A stretch of DNA of 64,000 bases. It comes from Squalus acanthias. Its lineage: Eukaryota. The notes under the pieces were generated by a model. It was not told where the DNA came from and made no database searches. It saw only the letters and a program-made list of their open reading frames with translations. Position numbers and translations under genes: made by a program. Where the stretch lies: assembly GCA_030390025.1 (NCBI GenBank), contig CM059432.1, forward strand, positions 153,762,001 to 153,826,000, given 5' to 3'. This document shows, in pieces, positions 48,701 through 62,574 of the stretch. Every line of letters starts with the position of its first letter. The first letter of the stretch is position 1.

Positions 48701-49500
48701 TTTGTTTAAATTTAGGACCCTAGTTTCGGATTGGACTTCTTCACTTTCCATCTTAATGAAGAATTCTATCATGTTATGGTCACTCTTCCCTAAAGGACCC
48801 CGCAGAACAAGATTATTAATTAACCCCTTCTCATTGCACAATACCCAATCTAGGATAGCCTGTTCCCTAGTTGGCTCCTCAACGTACTGGTCTAAAAAAC
48901 CATCTCGTACACACTCCAGTAATTCATCCTCCACAGTATTATTGCTAATCTGGTTTGGCCAGTCTATATGTAGATTAAAGTCACCCATGATTACTGTAGT
49001 ACCCTTGTTACATGCATCTCTAATTTCCTGTTTGATGCTATCCCCTACATTACCACTACTGTTTGGAGGCCTTTGGACAACTCCCACCAATGTTTTCTGC
49101 CCCTTGGTGCTTCTTAGCTCCACCCAGACTGATTCTACATCTTGATTTTCTGAGCCAATATCCTTTCTCACTATTGCTCTGATTTCATCTTTTACTAACA
49201 ACGCCACCCCACCTCCTTTTCCTTTTTGCCTGTCCTTCCTAAATACCGAATATCCTTGGATATTCAGCTCCCAGCCTTGGTCACCCTGCAGCCATGTCTC
49301 CGCAATCGCAATTATATTGTATCTGTTTACATCTATTTGTGCTGTTAATTCGTCTACCTTATTATGAATGCTTCGTGCATTCAGATACAGTGCCTTTAGA
49401 TTTGTCTTTTTAACATTTTTAGACATCTTAACATTTTTTTGTACTATGGCCCTATTTGTCTTATTACCATTTTTTCTTACCCGGACCCTATTTGTTAGTG
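45728..49500 (-). mobile_element. CR1 ORF2 (APE-RT) with deletions, hosting a MITE
   Basis: ORFs 48410-49426, 47907-48107 and 45807-46736; VITGHLENIN rejoins across the MITE. Confidence 0.92.
46924..47814 (+). mobile_element. Non-autonomous Harbinger derivative of 18540-22887
   Basis: TIRs GGGGGAGAAATTCAG / GGGGGAAAAATTCAG; TAA TSD at 46921-46923 and 47815-47817. Confidence 0.93.
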
Positions 49501-50109
49501 CACTCCTTAGTGCACACCTCAGAGATCTTTGCGCTCCTCCAATTCTGGCCTCTTGTGCATCCCCAATTTTAATTGCTCCATAACTGGTGGCAGTGCCTTC
49601 AGCTGCCTAGTACCGAAGCTCTGGAATTCCCGCCCTAAACCTCTCCACTTCTCTCGCCTCCTCTAAGACGTTCCTTCAAACCTACCTCTTTGATCAAGTT
49701 TTTGGTCATCTTTCCGAATATCTCCTTATGTGGCTTGGTGTCTAATTTTGTTTGATAATGCTCCTGTGAAGCGCCTTGGGACGTTTCACTACGTTAAAGG
49801 CGCTATATAAATGCAAGTTGTTGTTCAATCCCTGTGTACTCAAGTGCTAAATTTACACCAGTTTAAGCCTGTAGGGGATTCAGTGTGTTCTCCATTCTCA
49901 ATCTACAGAGGAAGAAACCAAACAGCTCCCTTTTACTGAAAAAAGTTTAGCCAACTGAAGTACGAGACAGGAGACATCAGGCTGAAAAACACCCGACTGA
50001 ACAGCACTGTTCTTCAACCAGTCTTCCCAACTTCCTAGAAAAGCCCACAGAGTTCAAGGTCAGAAAGCTTTGCAGGAGCCGGGGACTCGGATACAAGTTG
50101 TTACAAGTG

Positions 50110-50387
50110 TCAGCCGTGGCTCAGTTGGTAGCGCTCTCGCCTGTTTGTGGGTTCAAATCCCATTCCAGAAACCTGAATATATAATCTAGTCTGACACTTC
50201 TGTGCAGTACGGAAGGAGTGCTGCATTGTCGGAAGTGCAGTCTTACATATGAAATGTTAAATGTGGCTGTGCGCAAATTGGCTACATTACAGCAGTAACT
50301 ACACTTCAAAAGTACTTAATTGGTTAGAAATCACTTTGGAATGTCCTGAGTTTGTGAAAAACACTACATAAATGCAAGTCTTTCTTT
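50110..50387 (+). mobile_element. Deu-type SINE, internally deleted
   Basis: Head GGCTCAGTTGGTAGCG and tail ATAAATGCAAGTC. Confidence 0.7.
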
Positions 50388-50526
50388 ACCTCAGTGAGCT
50401 AGGACTGGGCAGGCAAAAAAAGGGTTCTTGGTTAATTTGTCAACTGAGGCAGTCGCAGCCCAAACCTCTGACTCTCCACCTCTCCTCTTTTAAGGCACTC
50501 CTTAAAACTTCTCTTTGGCCAACCTA

Positions 50527-51667
50527 AAGTTAAGGCACATGGGATTGGGGGCAAGGTATTGACTTGGATAGAGAACTGGTTGGCGGACAGAAAGCAGAGA
50601 GTAGGAATTAATGGGTCTTTTTCTGAGTGGCAGGCAGTGACTAGTGGGGTACCGCAGGGATCGGTCCTTGGACCCCAGCTATTCACAATATACATTAATG
50701 ATCTAGACAAGGGAACTAAATGTAATATCTCCAAGTTTGCAGATGACACAAAGCTGGGTGGGAGTGTGTGCTGCGAGGAGGATACCGAGAAACTCCAGGA
50801 TGATTTGGACAGGTTGGGTGAGTGGGCAGAAGCGTGGCAGATGCAATATAACGTGGATAAATGCGAGGTTATCCACTTTGGTGTCAAAAACAGAAAGGCA
50901 GACTATTATCTGAATGGCAATAGATTGGGAGAAGGGGAAGTGCAACGAGACCTGGGTGTCCTTGTGCACCAGTCGCTGAAGGTAAGCATGCAGGTGCAGC
51001 AGGCGGTGAAGAAGACAAATGGTAAGTTGGCCTTCATAGCGAAAGGGTTTGAGTATAGGAACAGGGATGTCCTGCTGCAGTTGTACAGGGCCTTGGTGAG
51101 ACCACACCTTGAGTACTGTGTGCAGTTTTGGTCGCCTTATCTGAGGATGTTCTTGCCATGGAAGGAGTTCAGCGAAGATTCACAAGGCTGATACCTGGGA
51201 TGGCAGGAATGACATATGAGGAGAGATTGGGTCGATTGGGCTTATACTCGCTGGAGTACAGAAGAATGAGAGGGGATCTCATCGAAACATATAAAATTGT
51301 GACAGGTCTGGACAAACTAGATGCAAGAAGAATGTTTCCGATGGTCGGAGAGTCCAGAACCAGGAGTCATAATCTAAGGATAAGGGGTAAGCCATTTAGG
51401 ACAGAAATGAGGAGGAATTTCTTCACCCAGAGAGTGGTGAACCTGTGGAATTCTCTACCACAGAAGGTAGTTGAGGACAAGTCATTAAATATATTCAAGA
51501 ATGAGTTAGATATATTTCTTAAAGCTAAAGGTATCAAGGGATATGGGGAGAAGGCAGGCACAGGGTACTGAGTTTGGATGATCAGCCATGATCTCATCGA
51601 ATGGCGGAGCAGGCTCGAGGGGCCGAATGGCCTATTCCTGCTCCTATCTTCTATGTTTTCTATGTTA
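50527..51667 (+). mobile_element. CR1 3' fragment
   Basis: ORFs 50559-51191 and 51128-51571 (frameshift); TCTATGT tail. Confidence 0.92.
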
Positions 51668-51774
51668 ACCTGTCTGAACGTCTCAGTGAAATTTTTTGGC
51701 TGATTATGCTCCTGCAAATGTTTTCCTACGTTAAAGGTGCTATATAAATGCAAGTTGCTGTTGTTCACTACGTT

Positions 51775-52402
51775 TTATATGCAGTCACTGCTGTTTTGTA
51801 GGCAAATGAAGCAGCCAATTCGCACACTGCAAGTTCCCACAAAAAGCAAGATGAATGACCAGTTAATCTGCTTTTTGGTACGATGGTTGAGGGTGGAATG
51901 TTGGCCAGGACACAGGCAGAACTCCCTGCACTTCTTTGAATAGTGCTGTGGGATCTTTTACATCCACTTGAGCAGGTAAATGGAGCCTCAGTTTAGCATC
52001 TCATCCGAAAGCCAGCATCTCCAACGATGCAGCACTCCCTCAAGCAATGCACTGAAGACTAGATTATGTGCGGGAGTGGAGATTGAAGCCACCACCCTCT
52101 GATACAAAGACGTGAAACAAAAAACGAAAATGGATTTATATAGCACCTTTCACAAACGTAGTATCTCTCAAAGCACTTCACATCCAATGAAAAACTTTTG
52201 AAGTACAGTCTTTATTCTTCTTCGAATAGTGGGATGGGATCTTTTACATCCACCTGAGAAGGCAAGTTTTAACATCTCATCCAAAAGATGGCACTGCTAC
52301 AGTACTGCACTGATATGTCAGTGTAGATTAAGTCAGAGAGTGGGGCTTGAACCTACAACCTACTGACTCAGGCAAGACTGCAACCAACGAGCCAAGGCTG
52401 AC
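51775..52402 (-). mobile_element. Two degenerate Deu-type SINEs
   Basis: Core GGGATCTTTTACATCCAC occurs twice; tRNA head near 52350-52400. Confidence 0.65.
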
Positions 52403-52927
52403 ACTATCGCTAAGCCATGCTGGATAAAAAAACACATTGAAATGCTGACAACCAACAAAAATGGAAAGGAAAAGACCATTAATTTCATCCCACAAGTACC
52501 GACAATTTAATTTAATGTGTTTAATGCGTTCCTTTGTTCAATTGAGACTGAACTGGCTTTAACCCTCAGTAGTTTATGCTTTATAAAAATGTTTACATAG
52601 AGTCTGACTTTAGTCTGCTGTAATCAGTAGAGTGATTCAGAAATGTCTCGGTCCTTCAGGAAGTGGTTTTTCAAGACGTCAGAACAAAAGCACTGAGCCG
52701 CAGCCAGAGCAAGAGGTCACATCAGAGCCTGGTGAACTGGATGGCAGAGAGCCAGGTCACGATGGTGGATGGGCTGCAAACTCCTTTTCCCTTCTTTCTC
52801 TTGTCGTCCCCTTTTCCCCACTGCCATGCTTTATGTTAGTATCGGAGAGGGGGAAATTGCACATTCGGATGAATGGTCAGTTTGATCGTCCAACAAGGTC
52901 GGGCTGAGTGCTTCAGCAGCCAGCAAT

Positions 52928-55900
52928 GAACATAAGAAATATAAGCAGGAGTCGGCCATTCAGCCCTTCGAGCCTGCTCCGCCATTCAATGAGATCATGG
53001 CTGATCTTCTGCCTCAACTCCATTCACCGGCCCTATCGCCATATCCCTTGATGCCCTTACTGGTCAGAAATCTATCAACTTCTGTTTTGAATATACCCAA
53101 TGACTGAGCCTCCACAGTCCTCTGGGGTAGAGAATTCCAAAGATTCACCACCCTCTGTGTGAAGAAATTTTTTCTCATTTCAGTCCTGAATGGCCTACCC
53201 TTTATCCTGAGGCTGTGGCCCCTGGTTCTAGACTCCCCAGCCAAGGGAAGCATTCTCCCAGCATCCACCCTAACAAGCCCTGTAATAATTTTGTATGCTT
53301 CAATGAGATCCCCTCTCATTCTTCTGAATTCAAGAGAATACAAGCCTAGTTTACTCAATCTCTTCTCATAGGACAATCCCCCCATCCCAGGAACCAGTCT
53401 GGTGAACCTTCGTTGCACTCCCTCTATGGCAAGTATATCCTTCCTTAGGTAAGGAGACCAAAATTGTACACAGTACTCCAGGTGTGGTCTCACCAAGGCC
53501 CTATATAATTGGAGTAAGACTTCTTTACTCCTGTACTCAAATCCTACTGTAATGAAGGCCAGCATACCATTTGCCTTCCTAATGGCTTGCTGCACCTGCA
53601 CATTCACTTTCAGTGACTCATGTACAAGGATACCCAGTACCCTTTGAGCATCTGTGTTCCCTAATCTTTCACCATTTAGGAAATACTCTGCCTTTCTGTT
53701 TTTTCGACCAAAGTGGATAACTTCACATTTATCCACATTATATTCCATCTGCCATGTTCTCACCCACTCACTGAGCCTGTCGAGATCCCCTTGAAGCCTC
53801 TTCACATCCTCTTCGCAACGGACACTGCCACCTAGCTTTGTATCATCAGCAAATTTGGAAATGTTACATTTAGTCCCCTCATCCAAATCATTGATATAGA
53901 TTGTGAATAGCTAGGGCCCAAGCACTGATATTTGCGGTACCCCACTAGTCACAGCCTGCCATCCTGAAAAAGACCCGTTTATCCCTACTCTTTGTTTTCT
54001 GTCTGTTAACCAATTCTCAATCCATGCTAGTATATTACCCCCAATTCCATGTGCCCTAACTTTTTCACCAACCTCTTGTGTGGGACCTTATCGAAGGCCT
54101 TCTGAAAATCCAAATACACATCTACCGGTTCCCTTTGTCTACTCCACTAGTTACATCCTCAAAGAACTCCAATAGGTTTGTTAAACAGGATTTCACTTTC
54201 ATAAATCCATGTTGACTCTGCCCAATCTTACTATTAGTTTCTAAGTGCCCAGTTATTGCATCCTTTATAATAGATTCCAGCATTTTCCCAACTACTGATG
54301 TGAGGCTAACAGGTCTGTAGTTCCCCGTTTTCTCTCTCCCTCCTTTCTTAAATAGCAGGGTTACATTTGCTATCCTCCAATCTGCAGGAACCATTCCAGA
54401 ATCTATAGAATTTTGGAAGATGACAACCAATGCGTCCACTATCCCAATGGCCACCTCTTTCAAAACCCTAGGGTGTAGGTCATCCGGTCCTTGGGATTTA
54501 TCGACTTTTAGTCCCATTAATTTTGCTAGTACTGTTTTTTTTACTAATAATAATTTCTTTAAGTTCCTCATTCTCGCCACACCCTTGCTTTTCTCGTATT
54601 TCTGGGAGGTTTTTTGTGTCTTCCTCCGTGAAGACAGAAACAAAGTATTTATTTAATTTCCCTGCCATTTCCTCATGCCCCATTATAAATTCTCCCGTCT
54701 CTGACTGTAAAGGACCTACATTTACCTTCGCCAGTCTTTTCCTTTTCACATACCTATAGAAGCTTTTACAATCCGTTTTTATATTTTTCGCTAGTTTGTG
54801 CTCATATTCTATTTTCCCTTTCTTTATCAATTTCTTGGTCCCCCTTTGCTGATTTCTAAAAAGATCCCAATCCTCAGGCTGACCGCTTTTTCTGGCAACT
54901 TTATAAGCTTCCTCCTTTGACTTAATACTAGCTTTAATTTCTTTTGTTAGCCATGGTTGGATCACTTTTCCTTTTGGGTTTTTATGCCCTAGAGGAATAT
55001 ATGTTTGTTGCAAATTATGCATTATTTCCTTGAATGTTAGCCATTGTATGTCCACCTTCATACCTTTTAGTGTAGTCTCCCAATCTACCATGGCCAACTT
55101 GTCCCTCATACCCTTATAGTTTCCTCTGTTTAGACTGAAGACCTTAGTTTCAGATTGGACTACATCAATCTCAAACTTAATGTAAAATTCAATTATATTA
55201 TGGTCACTTGTCCCTGAAGGCCCCTTTACCACAAGATTATTGATTTAACACAGTACCAGATCCAGAATAGCCTGTTCCCTGGTTGGTTCCTCCACATACT
55301 GATCCAGGAAACCATCTCGCATGCATTCCTAGAATTCGTCCTCCACACCATTAGTGGTAATTTGATTTGCCCAGTCAATATGTAGATTAAAGTCCCCCAT
55401 GATTACCATATTGCCCTTGTTACATGCACTTCTAATTTCTTGATTGATACTGTGCCCTACATTACCACTACTGTTTGGTGGCCTATACACAACTCCCACC
55501 AATGTTTTCCGCCCTTTGCTGTTTCTTAGCTCCACCCAAACTGATTCCAGTTCTACATCACGATCTGCCAAGCCAAGATCTTTTATCTCTACCGTACCGA
55601 TCTCATCCCTTATTAACAGCGCTACGCCACCTCCTTTTCCTTTTTGTCTGTCCTTCCTAAATGTTGAGTACCCTGGAACATTCAGTTCCCAGCTTTGGTT
55701 ACCCTGCAACCATGTCTCTGTAATGGCAATTACATCATTCCCATTTACTTCTATTTGTGCCATTAATTCGTTCACCTTGTTGCGAATGCTACGTGAATTT
55801 GGATAAAGTGCCTTCAACTTTGCCTGTTTAATAGTTTTCTGCACTTTGACCCTCTTTACTGTTGGCCTTTGTTTCTGCTCCCTACTAGTTTAGCGGACTA

Positions 55901-57152
55901 CTTTTCTAACTTTCACTTCCAGCTTTGTTTCTCTCCGTTCTGGGCCCACACTTAGGTTCCCAGCCCCCTGACAAACTAGTTTAAATCCTTCCCAACAGCA
56001 CTAGCAAACCTCCCCGCGAGGATATTGATCCCGGTTCTGCCGAGGTGTAACCCGTCCAGCTTGTACAGGTCCCACCTTCCCCAGAATCAGTCCCAATGCC
56101 TCAGGAATTTAAATCCCTCCCTCCTACACCATCTCTCCAGCCACGCATTCATCTTGTCTATTCTCCTATTTCTGCTCTCGCTAGCACGTGGCACTGGGAG
56201 TAATTCTGAGATTACTACCTTTGAGGTCCTGCTTTTTAATTTATTTCCTAGCTCTCTATATTCTGCTTGCAGGACCTCATCCCTCTTTCTACCTATGTCG
56301 TTGGTAACGATATGGACCACAACCTCTGGCTGTTCACCCTCCCCCTTCAGAATGTCCTGCAGCCGCTCAGTGACATCCTTGACCCTGGCACCAGGGAGGC
56401 AACATACCATCCTGGAGTCACGTCTGCAGCCACAGAAACATCTATCTGTTTCCCTCATGATAGAATCCCCTATCACTATTGCTCTCCCACTCTTTTTCCT
56501 CCCCTCCTGTGCAGCTGAGCCACTTGTAGTGCCACGGACTTGGCTCTTGCTGCATTCCCCTGAGAAACCATCTCCCCCAGCAGTATCCAAAACGGAAAAT
56601 CTGTTGGAGAGGGAGATGGACCCAGGGGACTCCTGCACTACCTTCCTAGCTCTTTTATTCTGTCTGGCGGTCACCCATTCCCTTTCTGCCTGTGCACTCT
56701 TTACCTGCGGTGTGACCACCTCATTAAACGTGCTATCCACGTAGATCTCAGCCTTGCGGATGCTCCACAGTGACTCCAGCCGCAGCTCCAGATCCGAAAC
56801 GCGGATTTCGAGTAGCTGCAGCTGGAGACACTTCCTGCACATGTGTTCGCCCTGGACACCGAACATGTCCCTGACTTCCCACATAGCACAGGAGGCGCAC
56901 TCCATGCTGCCGAGTTGCCCTACCCTTAATTTACTCCCTTTACTTCCTCTAAATTAAAGAATATTAAATACACTAGGGACCTTACTGCACTTTACACACT
57001 ACTTACTCTAAACTAGAGACCTTACTTTTACTTCAACGACTGGACTGTAGAACTACTCACCAGGTCCTACTTACCAATCAGCTCCTTCCCTGGTTGTGAC
57101 GTCACTTTAGCGGTTTTGCAGTTGTTATTGTTGTTTGACTGCTCCCGCTCTC
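52928..57152 (-). mobile_element. Near full-length CR1 (partial 5' UTR, ORF1, ORF2, tail)
   Basis: Fragmented ORF2 53014-55844; ORF1; 5' UTR matching 31430-31650. Confidence 0.92.
55976..56925 (-). pseudogene. CR1 ORF1 (zinc finger-esterase), start ATG deleted, premature stop at 56087-56089
   Basis: Close homologue of 31661-32611. Confidence 0.85.
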
Positions 57153-58049
57153 AGATGAATCTCAGGTGGTAAAAGATTCCATCTCCATGGGCTCAATCCC
57201 CAGCTGTTGTTGGAACACCACCTTGAGAATCAGTGAGGTCCGATTATGACGGAGTGAGACTATCGGTTGTCCCTTTCTTCCTATAAGCAGCTGTACAGGC
57301 TGCACATTAAGCTAGCATTGTCTGAGTTGGGGAGGACACCCCTGCTCCCAAGACAAATGGGTCAATATACACTTTTATCACTGGCCAAGGAAAATCAGAC
57401 CAGGTGGCCGATCCATTTACCGCCTGTCGGTAAAGATGCAGATTCACCTCAGAATTTTACTGCACAGAAAGAGGCCTTGCCTGCACTGGCTCTCTGAAAG
57501 AGCCGCCCATTAAGTGCCATTCCCTCTCCCTTCCTCCATACCCTTTTACATTTTATCCGCTTCCTTTCTTTATGGATTCTGCTCCCACCGCTGTTTTTAG
57601 AGGGAATTCCATGTCCGACAACCCACTGTATAAAAAGCTTTCCTCCTAACCTCTCCCTTCATTTTTTTGGTACTTATCTTAAATTGATGCCCTCTAGTTA
57701 CCAATTCACCGGCCAGTGGAGCAGGATTCTCTTTTGTGCTCAGAGTTCCAGCATGAATCTGGAGTGTTGACGCTGTGGTGTTATTTTATAGAACAGTGTC
57801 ACAACACTTGTTCACAGGACTATCTGACAATCACAAGACAAGGTATCATTCTGTTACGGTTAGTCTTCGTAAAAAGTTTCTTTAAAAGGGCAATCATTAA
57901 ACTTAGAACTTAGAACACAAAACCCTCAAATAAACACATGAAAACATGTCTTTGGACCCCCTTAAACCTAAGCAAGTCAAAAATATCCTGTTCAACATCC
58001 GCATTGAAATCACCCTTTGCGTAAATAGAAAACCGTGAGTTAAAGGAGA

Positions 58050-58496
58050 AAGAACTTGCATTTATATAGCAGCTTTCATGACCTTAGGACATCCTAAAGC
58101 ACTTTACAGCTAATGAAGTACTTTTTGAAGTGTAGTCGCTGTTGTAATGTAGGAAAAAGTGACAGACAATTTGTGCACAGTAAGGTCCCACAAACAGCAA
58201 TGAGATAATGACCAAATAATCTTTTCTTTTAACGATGTTGATTGAGGGATAACTGTTGGCCAGGACACGGGGGAGAATTCCCCTGCTTTTCTTCGAATAG
58301 TGCCATGGGATCTTTTGCAGCCACCTGAGAGGGAAGACAGGTCCTCGGAAAGGCGGCACCTCCGTCAGTGCAGCACTCCCTCAGCACTGTACTGGCGTGT
58401 CAGCCTACATTATGTGCTCAAGACTCTCCAGTGGGACTTGGACCCACAACCTTCTGACTTTGAGGAAAGAGTACTACCACTGAGCCAAGGCTGACA
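58050..58496 (-). mobile_element. Deu-type SINE, full length
   Basis: Head, core and tail as in 10178-10616. Confidence 0.85.
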
Positions 58497-58555
58497 CAAG
58501 TTGCTATGTGAGACCACATACTGTATGAACAAGAGGCTCCAAACAGGTATGATAT

Positions 58556-58890
58556 ACTAAAAGAAAATACTGCAGATGCTGGAAATCTGAAATAAAAACA
58601 GAAAATGCTGGAGATACTCAGCAGGTCAGGCAGCATCTGTGAAAGAGAGAAACAGAGTTAACGTTTCAGGTCGATGACCTTTCGTCAGAACTGGAAAAAA
58701 GCAGGAAATGGAACAGATTTTTAAGCAAGTGTAGAGGCTGGGAAAGGGGGGAGGAGATGAAAGAACAAAAGGGAAGGTCTGTGATAGGATAGAAGGCAGA
58801 AGAGGTTAAGAGACATTAACAGATATTCAAGGCAAAAGGAGATGGTAATGGGACAGGTTAAGAAACAAAGGATGGCTCTAGATGAAGTGT
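58556..58890 (-). mobile_element. 3' end/pLTR fragment of a second Penelope-like family
   Basis: Shares ...CAGATGCTGCCTGACCTGCTGAG...CCAGCATC.GCAGTATTTT with 59114-59323 and carries a hammerhead. Confidence 0.7.
58656..58692 (-). ncRNA. Minimal type I hammerhead ribozyme (second family)
   Basis: AGUU-CUGACGA-A-AGGUC auc GACCU-GAAA-CG-UU-AACU; palindromic AACGUU helix III. Confidence 0.8.
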
Positions 58891-59113
58891 AAAAAAGTGT
58901 CAGGTCCACTTGTGGCATCGTCCCAAAACTGTTCCATCTTAGGAGGTGAATTTTCATGCTCAGACCAAGCATATTCTTTCCAAGCAGCTAAACCTCGGCA
59001 TTGGCTCAAGCCCTGGTTTAATGAATGATGGGGATGGTCAGGCAAATAGAAACATGGATATATAGAATTACAACAGGGAAACAAGCCATTCAGCCCAACC
59101 AGTCCGTGTTGGT

Positions 59114-59323
59114 ACAAAAGCAAAATACTGCGGATGCTGGAAATCTGAAATGAAAACAGAAAATGCTGGAAATACTCAGCAGGTCAGGCAGCATCTGCGG
59201 AGAGAGAAACAGAGTTAACGTTTCAGGTCGATGATGAAGGGTCATCGACCTGAAACGTTAACTCTGTTTCTCTCTCCACAGATGCTGCCTGACCTGCTGA
59301 GTATTTCCAGCATTTTCTGTTTT
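59114..59323. mobile_element. 210-bp palindromic PLE pLTR insertion within a CR1 tail
   Basis: Arms 59151-59234 and 59242-59325; TSD CAGTCCGTGTTGGT at 59100-59113 and 59324-59337. Confidence 0.88.
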
Positions 59324-60580
59324 CAGTCCGTGTTGGTGTTTACCCTCCACATGAGCAAATAGTCCTAATCACATTTACCCACCCTGTTCCCATATCCCTT
59401 CAACCCCTTATCCTTTATCCACCTAATAGAAATACATAGAAGTTGAGGAGGTATCGGCACATTGTATTTTGTTTTCTCCCGAACCAATCCTCCGCTTTCA
59501 AAGGATCTAGAATGGTGGATCCCGGGTAAAAGATTGACATCTGTTGATGGTATCTGAAAGGTAGGAAATTTGCAACAGCTGGTGATCAATGAACTGTAGT
59601 CAAGTGGACCTTCCTCTCCTTAAAAGATGCTGCTACACAAAGGCATACAGTTTCTAGGCTTTGTATATAAGGCAACTCCATCACTACCTGTGGTTCAGCT
59701 AAAAGGTCTTAGCTAGAGATGGATACATTATTCATTGCATAGACCATTAACAATCATCATTCATCATTAAATAGCTAGTGTCAAGATTGTCAGAAGCTAC
59801 ACCAGCAAGAAATGATAGGTTGGCTGGAAATAACTGTGAGATGCAAATTACATTTACGATCTCTGTGCATAAACTGATAAGTCTCCCATCAGACTGTACA
59901 GAGTTGGGAGCCCTCCCCTTCTCAGCACTACAATTAATGAAGTTAAGGATCTGGAAAGCTGGGCTGAAGTCCTGAAAAGAGCGGGGGGCGGGGGTGGGGG
60001 GGGGGGGGGGGTAACTGCACACACATGGCTCTCAACATTCACTCCATTCAACTATCCTTACCCACTCACATAATTCCTGAAACAGGTATCACTGGGGTTG
60101 TCTGGTTCTACGTAACCTGGTGGATGGTCTACGACCTGCTCCCATATTCTACCTGCTGCTAGAACGCAAAGCAGATGCCTACTATACCCTGCTGCTGCCC
60201 TATACAACAAACTTGATTCTAGAATGACCCACTTGCTGACCACTGGGTTCCCTACATCCACAAACGCCCAGGAAAAACCACTGTGCTCCATCTAACCAGT
60301 CCCAAAATTCAAGAAACACCGTACTAAACTCTATCTCTTGTACCCCTCAAGTGCTTCCATTGCCCGAAAGACTCTACCTGGCTCCCTCTGGAATTTGTTG
60401 ACAACAATCACCACCACTGTTTCTCTGGGCAGTCCAATCCACACTTTCACCGTTCTGTGCGTGAATTAATTAAATCTAAACTGTCTGTTCACCATCCTTC
60501 TTCTGCAAACACAAGGTTCACGATCACCTTCCTACATCTGACTGCTGTCTTCAAGTACATGTAACTGTGCCATAAATATT

Positions 60581-61310
60581 GGGGCAGAAATTGCGGTGTC
60601 TTCACCGTACGCTGTTGTAATCCTTTTGAAAGGCCCCGCAACTTCCAAGTTTTCGCACATGCGCGAAAACTCGGAACTTGCAATCTGTCACGGTACGCCT
60701 TGGCAGATCCTATGAACTGACTGGAAAATCACTTTCCCTGGTGCAGAGTTGGGCTATTTGCCCAACAACAGCCCAGCAATTGCCCACAAAACTCTTACAG
60801 CTGGTAAAAGCAGGCGTAGGGCCTGCTTCCACCAGCATAAGGGTTAATATAAATCTTAAATTAAACATTTAAAAATAAAAAATTATGCACAAACACTTAA
60901 AATTAGTTTATGCAAATATTGGCCCAGATTAAAATGTTTAAATTATTTTTCAAAAAATTAAATTTTTCTTGTATTTGGTGTAATGAAGGGAGTTATGAAT
61001 AAAATTGAAATTCAGAACATTTATATTTTATTAGAGTTGTCTAAATTGTTTAATTATTTGGAGATTCCATTGTATGTCATTAGGATTTCGTTCAGAAATG
61101 ACTGCAATGGAATCCTCCTGTGTGATTGAAGGACCTAACCCACGTGATCCCAGGGACGCTTCCGAACCGCCTGCGTCCCTGGGATCCGTGGGCCTTTACG
61201 CAGGCGTATGCCTGGATGCTCGAGACCCGAACTCTCCGCAGCTTGGGAGCCAGGAGGTAAGTTCGGAAATGTTTCGCAGGTCGGAGGCGTACTCTGCAGG
61301 TTTCTAGGCC
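60581..61310. mobile_element. Harbinger-type MITE related to 18152-23260 (opposite orientation)
   Basis: GGGGCAGAAATTGC...TTTCTAGGCC ends; ATT TSD; shared internal palindrome CTGGTAAAAGCAGGC...GCCTGCTT..ACCAG. Confidence 0.75.
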
Positions 61311-62574
61311 ATTGAAATCTGAAAAGGCAAATCATTGTAATGGATCTGAACTACGTATGAAACTACTCAGTGTTCTGAATCCAAGTTCCTGAATCCATGC
61401 TAGGACTTGCAATCAGTCTGTGTTGTTGCTTTCGTATCTTCGCACTCTTCCTTGGAGAAGAATGTGAACTAGTGGAAGGATTTGCAGACCGATTAACAGT
61501 CTGACAGTCCGCCACATCAATGCTCCTTCCATGGAGGGTTTTATAGGCTCTCACAATACATACAATAAGGGGGCCACTCACACCCGTGGGACATGAGTAT
61601 CCCACTGGATGTCAGCCCAGAATTAAGAGCTGGAGCTCCGGTCTCCACTCTGAGTTAGAATTCACTCGCCAGGAATGTCTGGGTAAGGTCAAACCCTGCA
61701 CCTTCTGACTCAGAAGCAGGATTGCTACCACTAAGCTAAAGGCTTGCTCCGATACTCTGTGTTAAGAGGATATGGAATTTCTCCACAGAAAAAAAAACTA
61801 AATTATATTGCATTAAAAGCCAAAGGTTTAATATTGCCATCAGATCTATTGGGAAATCCTATTGTCATGGGATGTCTCAGGATGTATTTGGTCCCAAGAC
61901 TGTGGATGCAGCCCGAATCAAGACTCAGGACCCAACGAGACTCATAACTCAACCCAACGGGGCGAGGGTGAACTCATAGAACGATACAGCACAGAAGGAG
62001 GTCATTCTCCCCATCGTGCCTGTGCCGACTTTTGAAAGAGCAATCCAATTAGTTCCACTCACCTGCCCTTCCCCATATCCCTGAAATTTTTTCCCCTTCA
62101 AGTATTTATCCAATTCCCCTTTGAAAGGTATTATTGAATCTGCTTCCATCACCCTTTCAGGCAGTGCATCCAGATCATAACAACTCGCTGAGTAAAGAAA
62201 TTTCCCCTCATCTTGCCTCTGGTTCTTTTGCCAATTAACTTAAATCTGTGTCCTCTGGTTACCGACCCTTCTGCTACTGGAAATACTTTCTCCTTATTTA
62301 TTCTATCAAAACCCTTCATGATTTTGAACACCTCTATTAAAACTCCCTTTAACCTTCTCTGCTCTAAGGAGAACAATCCTAGCTTCTCTTGTCTCTCCAT
62401 GTAACTGAAGTCCTGCATCCCTGGTACCATTCTAGTAAATCACCTCTGCACCCTCTCCAAGGCCTTGACATTCTTCCTAAAGTCTGGTGCCCAGAATTGA
62501 ATACAATTCTCCAGCTGGGGCCTAACCAGTGATTTATAAAGGCTTAATATAAGTTCCTTGTTTTTGTACTCTAT

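Larger units (their letters stand above)
45420..49826 (+). mobile_element. L2 3' region (45420-45727 and 49516-49826) split by a CR1
   Basis: LELILNSAARILTRTKSRSPITPVLADLHWLP; resumes at GAGATCTTTGCGCTCCTCC; tail GCGCTATATAAATGCAAGTTG. Confidence 0.8.

Noticed and set aside
57155..57460. Possible RTE-type endonuclease remnant (KQLYRLHIKLALSE)
   Set aside because: Too degenerate to support without a profile search
59983..60011. G-tract with G-quadruplex potential
   Set aside because: Simple homopolymer with no functional context; length unreliable
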